Shown one piece after another: positions 1 through 9,537 of a stretch of DNA of 32,000 nucleotides. Origin of the DNA: Vibrio vulnificus CMCP6 (GTDB taxonomy: Bacteria > Pseudomonadota > Gammaproteobacteria > Enterobacterales > Vibrionaceae); contig NC_004459.3 in assembly GCF_000039765.1 (NCBI RefSeq), positions 870,001-902,000 of the forward strand, in the 5' to 3' direction. The notes under the pieces are model-generated. The model did not search any database. It was not told the DNA's origin and saw nothing but the letters and a program-made list of their open reading frames with translations. Position 1 is the first letter of the stretch. Each line of letters begins with the position of its first letter. Position numbers and translations under genes: made by a program.

Positions 1-1340
1 TTGGCCTTGACCCTGGCCTGCGCACCGGTTGTAAAGTCGCGGTGGTGGACGCCACCGGTAAAGTGCTGGCCACCGACACCATTTACCCACACGTGCCGCA
101 GAACCAGTACGATCGCGCCATGCAAACGGTGGCGGCCTTGATCAAGCAACACAACGTCGATTTGATTGCGATTGGTAACGGCACTGCTTCACGCGAAACC
201 GATGCCTTTGCTGCAGATTTGATTAAACGTGGCAATCTCAAAGTACAGAAAATCATGGTCAGCGAAGCAGGCGCTTCGGTCTACTCTGCCTCAGAACTGG
301 CGGCCAAAGAGTTCCCGAACATGGACGTGTCACTGCGTGGCGCGGTGTCGATTGCTCGTCGCCTGCAAGACCCACTGGCCGAACTGGTGAAAATCGATCC
401 GAAATCGATCGGTGTCGGCCAATATCAGCACGACGTGAGCCAATCCATGCTGGCCAAACGCCTTGATGCGGTGGTGGAAGATTGTGTAAACGCGGTCGGT
501 GTGGATGTGAATACCGCTTCTGCCGCACTGCTGACCCGCGTGGCTGGTCTCTCGACCACGTTGGCGCAGAACATTGTCGATTTTCGTGATGAGAATGGCC
601 GTTTTGACAGCCGTACCACGCTGAAAAAAGTGCCACGTTTGGGGCCAAAAGCGTTTGAACAGTGTGCGGGCTTCCTGCGCATTATGGATGGCAAAAACCC
701 ACTCGATGCCTCTTCGGTTCACCCTGAAGCCTACCCTGTGGTCAAAGCAATTGCCGAGAAAAACCAAAAAGCGGTCAAAGCGCTGATTGGCGATTCGAGC
801 TTCCTGAAAGGATTGCGCGCAGTGGATTACACCGATGAACACTTTGGTGTACCAACGGTGACCGACATCATCAAAGAGTTGGATAAACCGGGCCGTGACC
901 CTCGTCCTGAATTCAAAACCGCCACCTTCGCCGAAGGCATTCATAATGTGTCCGATCTCGAAGTGGGGATGATTCTTGAAGGGGTGGTATCAAACGTGGC
1001 CAACTTTGGCGCCTTTGTTGACATCGGCGTTCACCAAGATGGCTTGGTGCACATTTCAGCGCTGACCGATCGCTTTGTTTCTGATCCGCGTGAAGTGGTT
1101 AAAGCGGGCGACATCGTCAAAGTCAAAGTGATGGAAGTGGATGTGCAGCGCAAGCGTATCGCACTGTCAATGCGCCTCAGTGATGAGCCAGGGCAAGACA
1201 ATCGCAGCCAACGCGCTGCCACACCACGTGGCCAACAAGAGCGCCGCGCTCCATCGCCACGTCGCCATGACAACGACAATACACTTGGCGGTGCCATGGG
1301 TGGTGCATTTGCCGCCGCGTTTGCCAAAGCGAAAAAGTAA
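1..1340 (+). CDS. tex: Transcription accessory protein Tex, C-terminal part (5' end lies outside the window)
   Basis: The reading frame is open from base 3 ([20 protein letters not shown], the YqgF-like region), so the GTG at 42 is not the real start. A helix-hairpin-helix region and a C-terminal S1 domain ([34 protein letters not shown]) follow, then a basic tail. Stop codon at 1338-1340. Confidence 0.9.
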   Translation, partial: GLDPGLRTGCKVAVVDATGKVLATDTIYPHVPQNQYDRAMQTVAALIKQHNVDLIAIGNGTASRETDAFAADLIKRGNLKVQKIMVSEAGASVYSASELAAKEFPNMDVSLRGAVSIARRLQDPLAELVKIDPKSIGVGQYQHDVSQSMLAKRLDAVVEDCVNAVGVDVNTASAALLTRVAGLSTTLAQNIVDFRDENGRFDSRTTLKKVPRLGPKAFEQCAGFLRIMDGKNPLDASSVHPEAYPVVKAIAEKNQKAVKALIGDSSFLKGLRAVDYTDEHFGVPTVTDIIKELDKPGRDPRPEFKTATFAEGIHNVSDLEVGMILEGVVSNVANFGAFVDIGVHQDGLVHISALTDRFVSDPREVVKAGDIVKVKVMEVDVQRKRIALSMRLSDEPGQDNRSQRAATPRGQQERRAPSPRRHDNDNTLGGAMGGAFAAAFAKAKK

Positions 1341-1354
1341 CAACCTCATTATCC

Positions 1355-1485
1355 CCAAATTGCTTGGAGTCGCAGGTAGGCGGCAAGTGAGTGAATCCCC
1401 ATGAGCATAGATGAACTATGCAATTGGGGTGAACGAACGTAGCCAACACCGCTTCAGCTTCAAGCAAAAAGGGGATGGGTTACTG
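1355..1485. repeat. ERIC/IRU-like imperfect palindromic intergenic repeat
   Basis: ggcggcaagtgagtgaatccccatgagcatagat matches the ERIC core. It is 19/22 identical to GTGAATCCCCAGGAGCTTACAT, the reverse complement of primer ERIC1R. It is followed by attggggtgaacgaacg, which resembles the ERIC2 core TGGGGTGAGCG. The central arms ccccatgagcatag and ctatgcaattgggg form an imperfect hairpin. Confidence 0.75.
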
Positions 1486-1494
1486 AACGAAAAT

Positions 1495-1525
1495 AAAACC
1501 CACTATGCTTCCATAGTGGGTTTTT
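1495..1525. terminator. Bidirectional rho-independent terminator shared by tex (+) and the 156-aa gene (-)
   Basis: Perfect 13-bp stem aaaacccactatg / catagtgggtttt with loop cttc. An A-run lies upstream and a T-run downstream, so it can work on both strands. Confidence 0.85.
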
Positions 1526-1555
1526 ATTGTCAGTCACTGCGGTGGTGTTTGCTTG

Positions 1556-2026
1556 CTATAACACCGCAATCACTTCTGAAGGGGTATGAGGCGCGACAGA
1601 GTGACCGTAATGGTACTTGATGATCGCTCGACGCTTCTCCATGATCCCTTCTCTTATCGCCGCATCCAAGATACGTTTGGGCAGACGATAGCGCATTGCG
1701 TAGCCTTTACCCTGTTCTTCACTGTAACTTCGCAGTGCCAGAAGTCCAAAAAGCCGCTCAAGCGTGTCTTTGGGGTCTTCATGATAGACCGAGATCTCTT
1801 GCGTATTGGTTTCCATCTCATAGCCAGGGTGCTCTGAAGGATCCCACGAAGATTGACGTCGGCGTTTATCATCACTTTTGACTTTACGTTCCGCGTTAGA
1901 TTTGGCCAACGCAACGGTTGGCGCCACAGGTTCACGCACTCTATTATCGCGCGCGGCCTGCTCTGTCTGCACATTTACCGATGGGGCGATCAGTGGCACA
2001 CTCACAGTGGTCGGTGACACTATCAT
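1556..2026 (-). CDS. Conserved hypothetical protein, 156 aa, function unknown
   Basis: ATG preceded by a strong SD (tttgaggaggtatcgcgATG). The N-terminal half is low-complexity and basic (KSDDKRRRQSS); the C-terminal half looks helical. No motif I recognise. It ends 30 nt before the bidirectional terminator. Confidence 0.7.
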   Translation of the reverse strand: MIVSPTTVSVPLIAPSVNVQTEQAARDNRVREPVAPTVALAKSNAERKVKSDDKRRRQSSWDPSEHPGYEMETNTQEISVYHEDPKDTLERLFGLLALRSYSEEQGKGYAMRYRLPKRILDAAIREGIMEKRRAIIKYHYGHSVAPHTPSEVIAVL

Positions 2027-2163
2027 CGCGATACCTCCTCAAAGAATCGCCCTACCATGCACATCACTGCACAGCCCCAAAACCGCTTCACTAACCGTAG
2101 TAAGTTGCCTTGGTTACTTCTTGTATCGACCAATATTTGAACAGGTTTAATTTTATTTTTCGC

Positions 2164-2931
2164 TTACTTGCCGGCAAAGCTCAGCAACTGGTGGCAAAAG
2201 CTCTCTGGTTCAGTGATAAAAGGCGCGTGTGACGACTGGGTGAAAATGAACTGCTCACTGGCGGGTAACACTTTCTCGAGATCCTGCGCCACCTTGATCG
2301 GCACCAACCCGTCCAAACGGCCATACAGACGCAACATCGGCATCGTTAAGTGCGGCAGATGGTCACGCAAGTCCACCTCCGCCAGCATTTGCAGCCCAGC
2401 CAAAAGTGATTGGGGGTTGGGTTGCGGGCGCGAGAACACCGCTTGTTTGAGGTTTTTTACATCTTGTCGCGCAGAGGGGCTGCCCATGGCTTGCAGCGCC
2501 ATAAAACGCTCTACCGTGGTGTGAAAATCTTCACTCAACTGCTCAGTAAAGGCGCTCAATACTTGCGGCTGAATGCCACGCCAACGCGCTTCTGCAGCGA
2601 ACTTGGGTGAACTCGCCACCGTCACTAACTTGCTGACGTAATCGGCGTGATGCAGCGCCATGTGCGTCGCCACCAGACCACCTAATGACCAGCCAACCCA
2701 AATGGCTTGTTTCGGTGCATGCTCGAGAAGCTGCTGGGCAATCTCTTCTAAACTTGCCGCATGAAGATGGGCACTGTGACCATAGCCAGGCAGATCCACC
2801 ACATGCAAACGAAAGTGCAGCTCCAGCCTTTCAACCACCTGCTGCCACACTGCGCCATTCATGCCCCAGCCATGCAACAACACCAAATCGGGCCCCTGAC
2901 CTTGTGTTTGCCAGTGTAAATCTGTGCTCAT
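2164..2931 (-). CDS. bioH: Pimeloyl-ACP methyl ester carboxylesterase BioH (alpha/beta hydrolase)
   Basis: MSTDLHWQTQGQGPDLVLLHGWGMNGAVW is a BioH-type N-terminus, with the nucleophile elbow GWSLGG. I start at the internal ATG at 2931 (SD gagggaag upstream) rather than the ORF-track start at 3012. Synteny bioH / comF(gntX) / nfuA is as in enterobacteria. Confidence 0.85.
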   Translation of the reverse strand: MSTDLHWQTQGQGPDLVLLHGWGMNGAVWQQVVERLELHFRLHVVDLPGYGHSAHLHAASLEEIAQQLLEHAPKQAIWVGWSLGGLVATHMALHHADYVSKLVTVASSPKFAAEARWRGIQPQVLSAFTEQLSEDFHTTVERFMALQAMGSPSARQDVKNLKQAVFSRPQPNPQSLLAGLQMLAEVDLRDHLPHLTMPMLRLYGRLDGLVPIKVAQDLEKVLPASEQFIFTQSSHAPFITEPESFCHQLLSFAGK

Positions 2932-3019
2932 CTTCCCTCTTACTCCTACTTTTTCCAGCCTCAAGCGCCACGTGTGGTCGAGTACGCTAGCGACACGATT
3001 CATTCGCCCCACTGCCCGT

Positions 3020-3730
3020 ATGTTAACCGATTGGCTTAGTGAAAAAATACTCCGATCTCTTCCTCGCCTCTGTCATCTGTGCGGCTTGCCGATGAATCAC
3101 GACCATCACCCGCTTTGGTGCCAGCACTGCCTAACCCTGTTCGATGCCGAACCGCGTTGCCAACGTTGCGGGCTGCCGACGTTAACGGTTGTCCCCCAGT
3201 GCGGCCAATGTCTGAAATCTCCGCCCCCTTGGCAAAGGCTTTACTGCCTCACGCCGTATCGCTTTCCAACCTCACACTACGTCAATCAAATCAAACATCA
3301 GCGCAAGTTCTGGTACTGTGCCAGCTTGGCACCTTTGCTCATCCAACGCATTGACCGCCCCGCGCCACTGCTGCTCTCTGTGCCAATGCATTGGCGTCGG
3401 CAATGGCTACGAGGCTTCAATCAAAGCGATGTGTTGGCGGCGCAACTGGCCCGTAGATTAAATCGCCCCTTCCTTGCTCACGCGTTTACTCGTTTATTGC
3501 ACACTCCGCCACAGCAAGGGCTCAATAAACAGCAGCGTCAGCGCAACTTAGCGGGTGCCTTTCGCCTCAATCGCTCGGCTCTGCCCCATGCGATTCCCAA
3601 GCATGTCGCGATTGTCGATGATGTGGTCACGACGGGCAGTACGGTACGACAATTATGTCAATTACTGCTTGCAGTCGGCGTGGAAAGCATTGATATTTAT
3701 TGCCTCTGCCGAACTCCCGAGAAGGATTAA
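3020..3730 (+). CDS. comF: ComF family competence protein (GntX/YhgH-like phosphoribosyltransferase-domain protein)
   Basis: N-terminal Cys-rich zinc-finger region (CHLCG...CQHC...CQRCG...CGQC) and a C-terminal PRTase motif (VAIVDDVVTTGST). Start taken at ATG 3020 (MLTDWL...); the ORF-track start at 2924 would overlap bioH. Confidence 0.8.
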   Translation: MLTDWLSEKILRSLPRLCHLCGLPMNHDHHPLWCQHCLTLFDAEPRCQRCGLPTLTVVPQCGQCLKSPPPWQRLYCLTPYRFPTSHYVNQIKHQRKFWYCASLAPLLIQRIDRPAPLLLSVPMHWRRQWLRGFNQSDVLAAQLARRLNRPFLAHAFTRLLHTPPQQGLNKQQRQRNLAGAFRLNRSALPHAIPKHVAIVDDVVTTGSTVRQLCQLLLAVGVESIDIYCLCRTPEKD

Positions 3731-3860
3731 GTTGGATGTCACTGTCGCTTGACAGTGTGGTGTGCGCTCTAAAGCATGTTTTCTCATCAAAACACTAGAT
3801 CCTTTCGTTATCAGGAGTAAAATGGCGTCAATAACCTACAAATTTACTCGGGTATTCGTC

Positions 3861-4445
3861 GTGTCAAATATTACTATCACTGAAGCAGCACAAACTCATT
3901 TTGCCAATCTATTGGGCCAGCAGCCTGATGGAACCAACATTCGTGTTTTCGTCGTCAACCCAGGCACACAAAACGCAGAATGCGGCGTATCTTACTGCCC
4001 ACCTGAAGCGGTAGAAGCTACCGATACCGAAATCCCATACCAAAGCTTTTCTGCCTACGTTGATGAACTCAGCTTGCCGTTCCTTGAAGATGCGGAAATT
4101 GACTACGTGACCGACAAAATGGGCTCACAGTTAACACTGAAAGCGCCCAACGCCAAAATGCGTAAAGTCGCGGATGACGCGCCACTGCTTGAGCGCGTTG
4201 AATACGCGATTCAAACTCAGGTGAACCCACAACTTGCTGGTCACGGCGGCCACGTGAAACTGATGGAAATCACTGACGCTGGCGTTGCGATTGTTGCCTT
4301 TGGTGGCGGCTGTAACGGTTGTTCAATGGTCGACGTGACGCTAAAAGAAGGCATCGAGAAAGAGTTACTACAGCAATTCTCAGGTGAGCTAACGGCAGTT
4401 CGCGATGCCACTGAGCACGATCGCGGCGATCACTCATACTACTAA
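3861..4445 (+). CDS. nfuA: Fe/S biogenesis protein NfuA
   Basis: An N-terminal IscA-like domain plus a C-terminal Nfu domain with [15 protein letters not shown], ending ...HDRGDHSYY as NfuA does. GTG 3861 gives 194 aa, the length I recall for Vibrio NfuA. An in-frame ATG at 3822 has a much stronger SD (caggagtaaaATG), so the start is ambiguous. Confidence 0.85.
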   Translation: MSNITITEAAQTHFANLLGQQPDGTNIRVFVVNPGTQNAECGVSYCPPEAVEATDTEIPYQSFSAYVDELSLPFLEDAEIDYVTDKMGSQLTLKAPNAKMRKVADDAPLLERVEYAIQTQVNPQLAGHGGHVKLMEITDAGVAIVAFGGGCNGCSMVDVTLKEGIEKELLQQFSGELTAVRDATEHDRGDHSYY

Positions 4446-4481
4446 GTTATTCTCATTTTGGTTATAACTGAGACGAAATTT

Positions 4482-4516
4482 AAAGGTTGGCACACTTGGG
4501 CCAACCTTTTCTTTTA
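4482..4516 (+). terminator. Rho-independent terminator after nfuA
   Basis: aaggttggc ... gccaacctt stem followed by ttcttttag. Confidence 0.7.
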
Positions 4517-4560
4517 GTATATATTCCAGTCATCAATGTTTTGCAGGAGGAATCAACGTC

Positions 4561-5115
4561 ATGAGCAGAAGGAAAGAACCCGATATTCTCAATCGTAATG
4601 TCGTTGCCCAATCACGACTCTTTTCTATCGAAAGCCTTGAACTGCGTTTCTCCAACGGCGAAGAGCGAATTTACGAGCGCCTCAAACCAAGCGGTAAAAA
4701 TGCCGTGATGATGGTTCCCGTTACTGAGCAAGGTGACCTATTATTAGTGAGAGAGTACGCTGCAGGTACAGAGCGCTATGAGCTTGGCTTCCCTAAAGGG
4801 CTTATTGATCAGGGAGAAAGCGCCGAACAAGCAGCGGATCGGGAATTGAAAGAAGAAATCGGCTTTGGCGCGAAACAATTAACGCCATTGAAGCAAGTGG
4901 TGCTGGCTCCTTCCTATTTCTCAAGCAAAATGACGCTGTTTTTGGCACAAGATCTGTATCCAGAAACATTGGAAGGCGATGAGCCAGAGCCACTTGAAGT
5001 GGTTCGTTGGCCACTCGCGCAGGCAGAAGAACTTCTTCATCACTTAGATTTTTGTGAATCCCGCAGTATCACAGCGCTACTATTGGCACTGAGAGCACTT
5101 CGACCGGCCAAGTAG
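4561..5115 (+). CDS. nudE: ADP compounds hydrolase NudE (Nudix family)
   Basis: Nudix box GFPKGLIDQGESAEQAADRELKEEIGF. 184 aa. Position next to cysQ matches other gamma-proteobacteria. Confidence 0.85.
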   Translation: MSRRKEPDILNRNVVAQSRLFSIESLELRFSNGEERIYERLKPSGKNAVMMVPVTEQGDLLLVREYAAGTERYELGFPKGLIDQGESAEQAADRELKEEIGFGAKQLTPLKQVVLAPSYFSSKMTLFLAQDLYPETLEGDEPEPLEVVRWPLAQAEELLHHLDFCESRSITALLLALRALRPAK

Positions 5116-5129
5116 TAAGGAAGAGAGTT

Positions 5130-5957
5130 ATGCCTACCTCACAGGATTTATCGGCACTGTTGCCGCAAGTTATCGATATTGCTCGCACCGCGGGGCAATT
5201 GATTCTGGATATCTACCAAAGTAAGCAGTACCAAGAATACACCAAAAGCGATGAGACGCCGGTCACCAGCGCCGATCTCGCCGCGCACAAATTGATCAAC
5301 CAACGACTGAGTGAGTTAACCCCAGACATTCCAGTGCTGTCTGAAGAAGCGGCGGATATCAGCTTGGAACAACGCGCGCAATGGAACCGTTACTGGTTGG
5401 TGGATCCTCTTGATGGAACGCAGGAGTTTATCGCCCGCAGTGGGGATTTTGCCACCATCATCGCCTTAGTGGAGAACAACAAGCCGGTAATGGGCGTGGT
5501 GTATGGTCCGGTTTCAGGCGTGACCTACTATGCGTATCAAGGTAAAGGCGCATGGAAGATCCCTGAGATGAACGAAAGCTTGAAAATTCAAACCCACAAA
5601 CATGAACTGCCCGGACAAAACATCGCGATTGCCATCAGCCGCCGTCAGGACATCAATCGCATCACCAACCGCATGAGCAGCAGTTGGAATTACGATTTGG
5701 TGCCGTTAGGCTCTGCGGCGTTGAAAGCGTGCTTGGTCGCGGAAGGAGCCGTGGATTGCTATTTGCGCCTTGGTCCGACTGGGGAATGGGACACCGCGGC
5801 GACACAATGTATCGTGGAAGAAGCTGGCGGACGCATCCTCAGCACCTACTTGGAACCGCTTTCTTATAACGAACGAGACACCTTGGAAAATCCGAACTTC
5901 ATCGTATTAGGCGATGCCGATTTGCCGTGGAACGACATTTTGCAGGTCAAAGGCTAG
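5130..5957 (+). CDS. cysQ: 3'(2'),5'-bisphosphate nucleotidase CysQ
   Basis: Inositol monophosphatase-family motifs (LSEE, WLVDPLDGTQEF, GEWDTAA). 275 aa. Confidence 0.9.
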   Translation: MPTSQDLSALLPQVIDIARTAGQLILDIYQSKQYQEYTKSDETPVTSADLAAHKLINQRLSELTPDIPVLSEEAADISLEQRAQWNRYWLVDPLDGTQEFIARSGDFATIIALVENNKPVMGVVYGPVSGVTYYAYQGKGAWKIPEMNESLKIQTHKHELPGQNIAIAISRRQDINRITNRMSSSWNYDLVPLGSAALKACLVAEGAVDCYLRLGPTGEWDTAATQCIVEEAGGRILSTYLEPLSYNERDTLENPNFIVLGDADLPWNDILQVKG

Positions 5958-6014
5958 GGACTGTTGACCTAGCTGCCGGCGGAAAGTCCCAGTGAAACGT
6001 GCCAACGGAAACGT

Positions 6015-6041
6015 AAAAAGCGAGCTCTGCTCGCTTTTTTT
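6015..6041. terminator. Bidirectional rho-independent terminator between convergent cysQ and epsN
   Basis: aaaaa gcgagc tct gctcgc ttttttt: a GC stem flanked by an A-run and a T-run. Confidence 0.85.
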
Positions 6042-6084
6042 GTGCCATTAATCTTTCTTTGCGTTCAGCGCCAAGGCAGTCTCG

Positions 6085-6846
6085 CTAAAAGCGCCCTTGG
6101 TAGTCAAACTCATACTGCCCTTGACCATTCGGGTTCCCTAGCCAGCTCAGCTGTGATTTCATCGCCGCTGGGAATTCTGCACCCGGTTTAAACCAAGCCG
6201 AGGTCGTGTATTGACGATTTGGCGTCACTTGAGCACTGAATTGCGCGCTGACTTGGGCGCTTTGTTGCTCGCCCTTCACCGACAATTGGCTATTTTCACA
6301 GGTGAAATCGGAAATCACCGGCCCCAAGTCCAATGCGCCGATCGGGGTACCGACTTTACTGGCACTCCACACTAACGTGCCCGTGCCACTGGCGCACCAA
6401 GGCGCTTGGTAAACCGCGTGACGCACGTTCACTTCCACTTGCCCTTCCACTTGCAGAGGCAAAGGCATGGGCAAACGTGAGGCCACTTTTTCCGCGGGTA
6501 ACGAAGCGACAAGATTTTCCACATACGCCCCTTGGCCAAGACCATAGCCGACCAAACCTTTGCCACGCAGATTCAAATCGCTGCCGCGACCAAAGCGCAA
6601 TGCGTATTGCACGTTACCGGTGAACAATTTGCTGGTTTGAAAATCCCAATGCACCTCACCAAAGCTCTGACCTTGCCAACGAATGGTGCTTGCACTGCCC
6701 TGCCACACCGTACCGGAGGTGCCCTCAATCGTCAGGCCACGCACGGGTGGCAAATAATTGAGCGCAAAGCTAACCGGAATGCTCGACAGTAAACTGATGC
6801 TAAAAAAGAGAACAAAAATCAGGCTGTAAATAATCGCGCGCTTCAC
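6085..6846 (-). CDS. epsN: Type II secretion system protein N
   Basis: Last gene of the eps operon. N-terminal TM segment and GspN-like sequence. GTG start lies 1 nt after the epsM stop, with a GAGG SD inside epsM. Confidence 0.85.
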   Translation of the reverse strand: MKRAIIYSLIFVLFFSISLLSSIPVSFALNYLPPVRGLTIEGTSGTVWQGSASTIRWQGQSFGEVHWDFQTSKLFTGNVQYALRFGRGSDLNLRGKGLVGYGLGQGAYVENLVASLPAEKVASRLPMPLPLQVEGQVEVNVRHAVYQAPWCASGTGTLVWSASKVGTPIGALDLGPVISDFTCENSQLSVKGEQQSAQVSAQFSAQVTPNRQYTTSAWFKPGAEFPAAMKSQLSWLGNPNGQGQYEFDYQGRF

Positions 6847-6847
6847 C

Positions 6848-7339
6848 CTAGCCTCGCTTAAACTGTAATCGGTTAACTTCCACTAGACCGGACTCTTTAC
6901 CACGGTCGATGTCCATGAATTCCACTTCAATGCCTTGCTTCTCTTTCAAAAAGGTAAGCCAATCCACTAAACGGTTAAATGGCATCGGAGCGACCCACAC
7001 TTGCAACATCTCATTGCGGGGCTGAACACGTTGTAGCTCCACCTTAAATTGGCGCGCGGATGACGCAATTACTTGGTTTAGCGGCTGATTGGAAAACGAC
7101 ACACCGCCACTGGCACGTAAACCGGTGAGCTCATCGGCTTTCTCACTCACCCAACTGAGTAGCTGTTTCTCACTTTGGATACGTAACTGAGCTTGCTCAG
7201 CGCGCGCATTGATAGGCTGCAAAACGCCCCAGTAAATCAGCCCGATAAGACCGAAGACACCACACACCACCACTAAACGTTGCTCACGCTGGCTAATGCT
7301 GCTCCACCAAGCTTGGAACATATTGAGTAAATTTGTCAT
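6848..7339 (-). CDS. epsM: Type II secretion system protein M
   Basis: 163 aa, one N-terminal TM helix (LVVVCGVFGLIGLIYWGVL), GspM-like. ATG lies 7 nt after the epsL stop, with a GGAG SD. Confidence 0.85.
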   Translation of the reverse strand: MTNLLNMFQAWWSSISQREQRLVVVCGVFGLIGLIYWGVLQPINARAEQAQLRIQSEKQLLSWVSEKADELTGLRASGGVSFSNQPLNQVIASSARQFKVELQRVQPRNEMLQVWVAPMPFNRLVDWLTFLKEKQGIEVEFMDIDRGKESGLVEVNRLQFKRG

Positions 7340-7346
7340 CTGCTCC

Positions 7347-8546
7347 TCACTTACGCTTTAACACAAAGCTGCCAATCACAGCGTCGCCAGTGCGGTTAAG
7401 CTGCCCTTGCTCCACTTGGAACTGCTCGCTCAACTTCACGCGTGCCTGTTCAAAAATTTGGAAATCGTTACTTTTCGCCTGAATGCGGACTTCGCCTCGA
7501 TTCCCATCGTATTTGATGCTCAGCACTTCAAAGTTCTTCACTTGGCCAATGGTACCCGGCAATTGTGCCATCCACTGCAACATCGAATCACCCGCGCCCC
7601 CCCCAGACAAACGGCGAATTTCGTCTTCCATTTGGCGTTTGAGGTAACTGACGGTTGGGATCTTGTTTCGGCCCGGCATCACTTGACGGAAAATGCGCTC
7701 GCTCTCTTCTCGATACGCCTGTGCTTGCGACTCATAGCGCTGAATCGTGAGCACTTGTTGCGCGACCAACGCGGCGATCAATAAGCTGCCACTGATCGCC
7801 ACCTTCTGCCACACTTTCCAGTGCTTAAAGAACGAGCTTTTCGGCTTAAACTCACCGGTTAGCAGCGAGAATTTACCATCGGCAACGCCTTGGCTGAGTA
7901 ACGCCATGGTCATTTCCACTGGGCGACTCAGCCAATGCGCTTGACCTTGCTGCTCAGGCAACGAGCTAAAGCAGGCCACAGAAAGGGGTTGCTCGCCGGC
8001 AAGGGCATTCAAATAGACGGGCATCCAGCTGTCGTCGACTGCGCTGCCTTGGCAGGCAGAATGACGGAACAACCACTGCTCTCCCAACTGCGCGGCGCTG
8101 ATGCCTTCGTCGTCGAGTGGCAGCGCCAGTGAGTCTGGCAGCACACGTTTGACATCCAAACCTTGAGCGCGAAATGCATCAAGCATATGTTGCAACCAAC
8201 GTCGATCCACACCACACACTTGCGCTTTGCCATTCTCTTTGGCCAACACAGAGAAATGCAAATCGTCCACATCTTGGGCGATTTCATCTTCCAGCAGGTA
8301 AGGCAACATCGACTCAAACTGACGTGAAGCGCCCGGTGGGATGTCCACTTCGGTTAACACCACATCGCTGGCCGCGACCAGCACTACGATCGGCCTCTGC
8401 TCAGCATAATTTTTGAGATCGTCCAGTTGTTGCCAATCCGACAACTCCCCACTGGCGATCACTTCTTGTTGGCTTGATGACCAAACCAACCAAGGAATGG
8501 GGCTATATTGTTCGCTACTCAGCCGAACGGTCAGAAACTCGCTCAC
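7347..8546 (-). CDS. epsL: Type II secretion system protein L
   Basis: [11 protein letters not shown]...IPWLVW matches the EpsL N-terminus as I recall it. Central TM helix and C-terminal periplasmic domain. Start taken at GTG 8546 (SD ggagga) rather than ATG 8573. Confidence 0.85.
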   Translation of the reverse strand: MSEFLTVRLSSEQYSPIPWLVWSSSQQEVIASGELSDWQQLDDLKNYAEQRPIVVLVAASDVVLTEVDIPPGASRQFESMLPYLLEDEIAQDVDDLHFSVLAKENGKAQVCGVDRRWLQHMLDAFRAQGLDVKRVLPDSLALPLDDEGISAAQLGEQWLFRHSACQGSAVDDSWMPVYLNALAGEQPLSVACFSSLPEQQGQAHWLSRPVEMTMALLSQGVADGKFSLLTGEFKPKSSFFKHWKVWQKVAISGSLLIAALVAQQVLTIQRYESQAQAYREESERIFRQVMPGRNKIPTVSYLKRQMEDEIRRLSGGGAGDSMLQWMAQLPGTIGQVKNFEVLSIKYDGNRGEVRIQAKSNDFQIFEQARVKLSEQFQVEQGQLNRTGDAVIGSFVLKRK

Positions 8547-9537
8547 TGATTCCTCCAAAACGGCGACGCACAACGGTCACGGTTTCTCTGTTTTTACTGT
8601 ACATAAGGCTGCGAATTCTCACCCGAGAGTCCTCGACTAACACCTGTGCATCCAATTCAAAGTATCGGCTATCAACGCCAAGATACGCTTTTGCTAGTTT
8701 TTTGATTTCTTCGCTGATGCCCGCCATTTCAGACTCTGAAAGAAAAGCATCAATGTTCGCCCAGCCATCAAAGGGGCGTTTTTCTATCAGTTGCTTGGCA
8801 TCAGATTCACTCAACGCAGGCGAAAACAGCGCCACCAGCAAAGCGGCTTGCTCAGCGCTGATGGTATTGACGTTCAAGCGCCACTCATCGGTCGGTAAAG
8901 CACAGACCAAAGGCTGCAGCGTTGCCATCATTTCACCCGACACTTGGTAAACCGCGCGCAGTTCACTGCTATCAGCAATGTACCCATTCGCCGCCAAATA
9001 GGCGGGTTTCATCCCTTCATAAGTCGAGTCTTCCACCCCAGAAGAAGAGCGCACCGCGTCATTGGGATCGACAAACTCCCACATGGAGTCGGCAATCACT
9101 TCGGATTCATAACTTTCAACGCCTGACTCTTCGAGCAAAGCACGAAAGACTTTCACCAAATAAGGACGCTCTACCGCTGCGTCTTGCATCACCACGGGAG
9201 AGAGGGCATTGAGATTAAAGCACGCTTGCTTATCAAAAATGCGTCCTTTCGCTTGGCCATAGTCCAAGGGATAGGTTTTCTCTTCCAAGGCCCAAGGCTG
9301 GTTTAAGTTAATGGTGTCACTGTCTTTGTAACTTTGCTCAATACCGACCTTCGCCAACGCTTCCACGCCAATGCTGTACCAGTACGCTTGCTGATAGCTG
9401 ATCTGGTTAGTGCCACGCTTAAACTGTGCAAACAAACGCTCAGACATACTGCCGGCGATGGTGGCCATAATGGCCAGCAACAGCAAAATGATGATCAGGG
9501 CCACTCCAGATTGGCGCGAGCGGTTCGATTTAGCCAT
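8515..9537 (-). CDS. epsK: Type II secretion minor pseudopilin K
   Basis: The N-terminus [31 protein letters not shown] is a GspK-type leader lacking Glu+5. Start ATG 9537 overlaps the epsJ stop by 8 nt (ATGGCTAA). Confidence 0.85.
   Translation of the reverse strand: MAKSNRSRQSGVALIIILLLLAIMATIAGSMSERLFAQFKRGTNQISYQQAYWYSIGVEALAKVGIEQSYKDSDTINLNQPWALEEKTYPLDYGQAKGRIFDKQACFNLNALSPVVMQDAAVERPYLVKVFRALLEESGVESYESEVIADSMWEFVDPNDAVRSSSGVEDSTYEGMKPAYLAANGYIADSSELRAVYQVSGEMMATLQPLVCALPTDEWRLNVNTISAEQAALLVALFSPALSESDAKQLIEKRPFDGWANIDAFLSESEMAGISEEIKKLAKAYLGVDSRYFELDAQVLVEDSRVRIRSLMYSKNRETVTVVRRRFGGISERVSDRSAE

Noticed and set aside
330-944. A 204-aa ORF (with companions at 259-648 and 425-694) antisense to tex.
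   Set aside because: It lies entirely inside a confidently identified Tex coding region. It has no SD and an Arg/His/Phe-rich composition typical of the reverse complement of a real gene.
1141-1620. Small ORFs (1141-1404, 1177-1467, 1411-1620) spanning the tex 3' end and the ERIC repeat.
   Set aside because: They overlap the Tex frame, the repeat or the terminator. ERIC elements are known to be non-coding.
2924-3012. The longer ORF-track starts for bioH (3012) and comF (2924) would make the two divergent genes overlap by 89 bp.
   Set aside because: Internal ATGs (2931 for bioH, 3020 for comF) reproduce the family N-termini, and the bioH one has an SD. The N-terminal extensions have no homology-like character.
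2932-3019. I looked for a CRP-S/TfoX-type competence site (TGCGA-N6-TCGCA) upstream of comF.
   Set aside because: Only a short palindrome (cgctagcg) and an imperfect cgtgt...acacg repeat are present. Nothing has the required half-site spacing, so I make no call.
8474-8950. A 158-aa plus-strand ORF antisense to epsK/epsL. Similar antisense ORFs occur at 12728-13330 (200 aa, opposite epsF/epsE) and 15645-15971 (opposite epsD).
   Set aside because: These are shadow ORFs opposite strongly supported T2SS genes. They have Ser/Arg/Cys-rich nonsense-like composition and no ribosome-binding sites.
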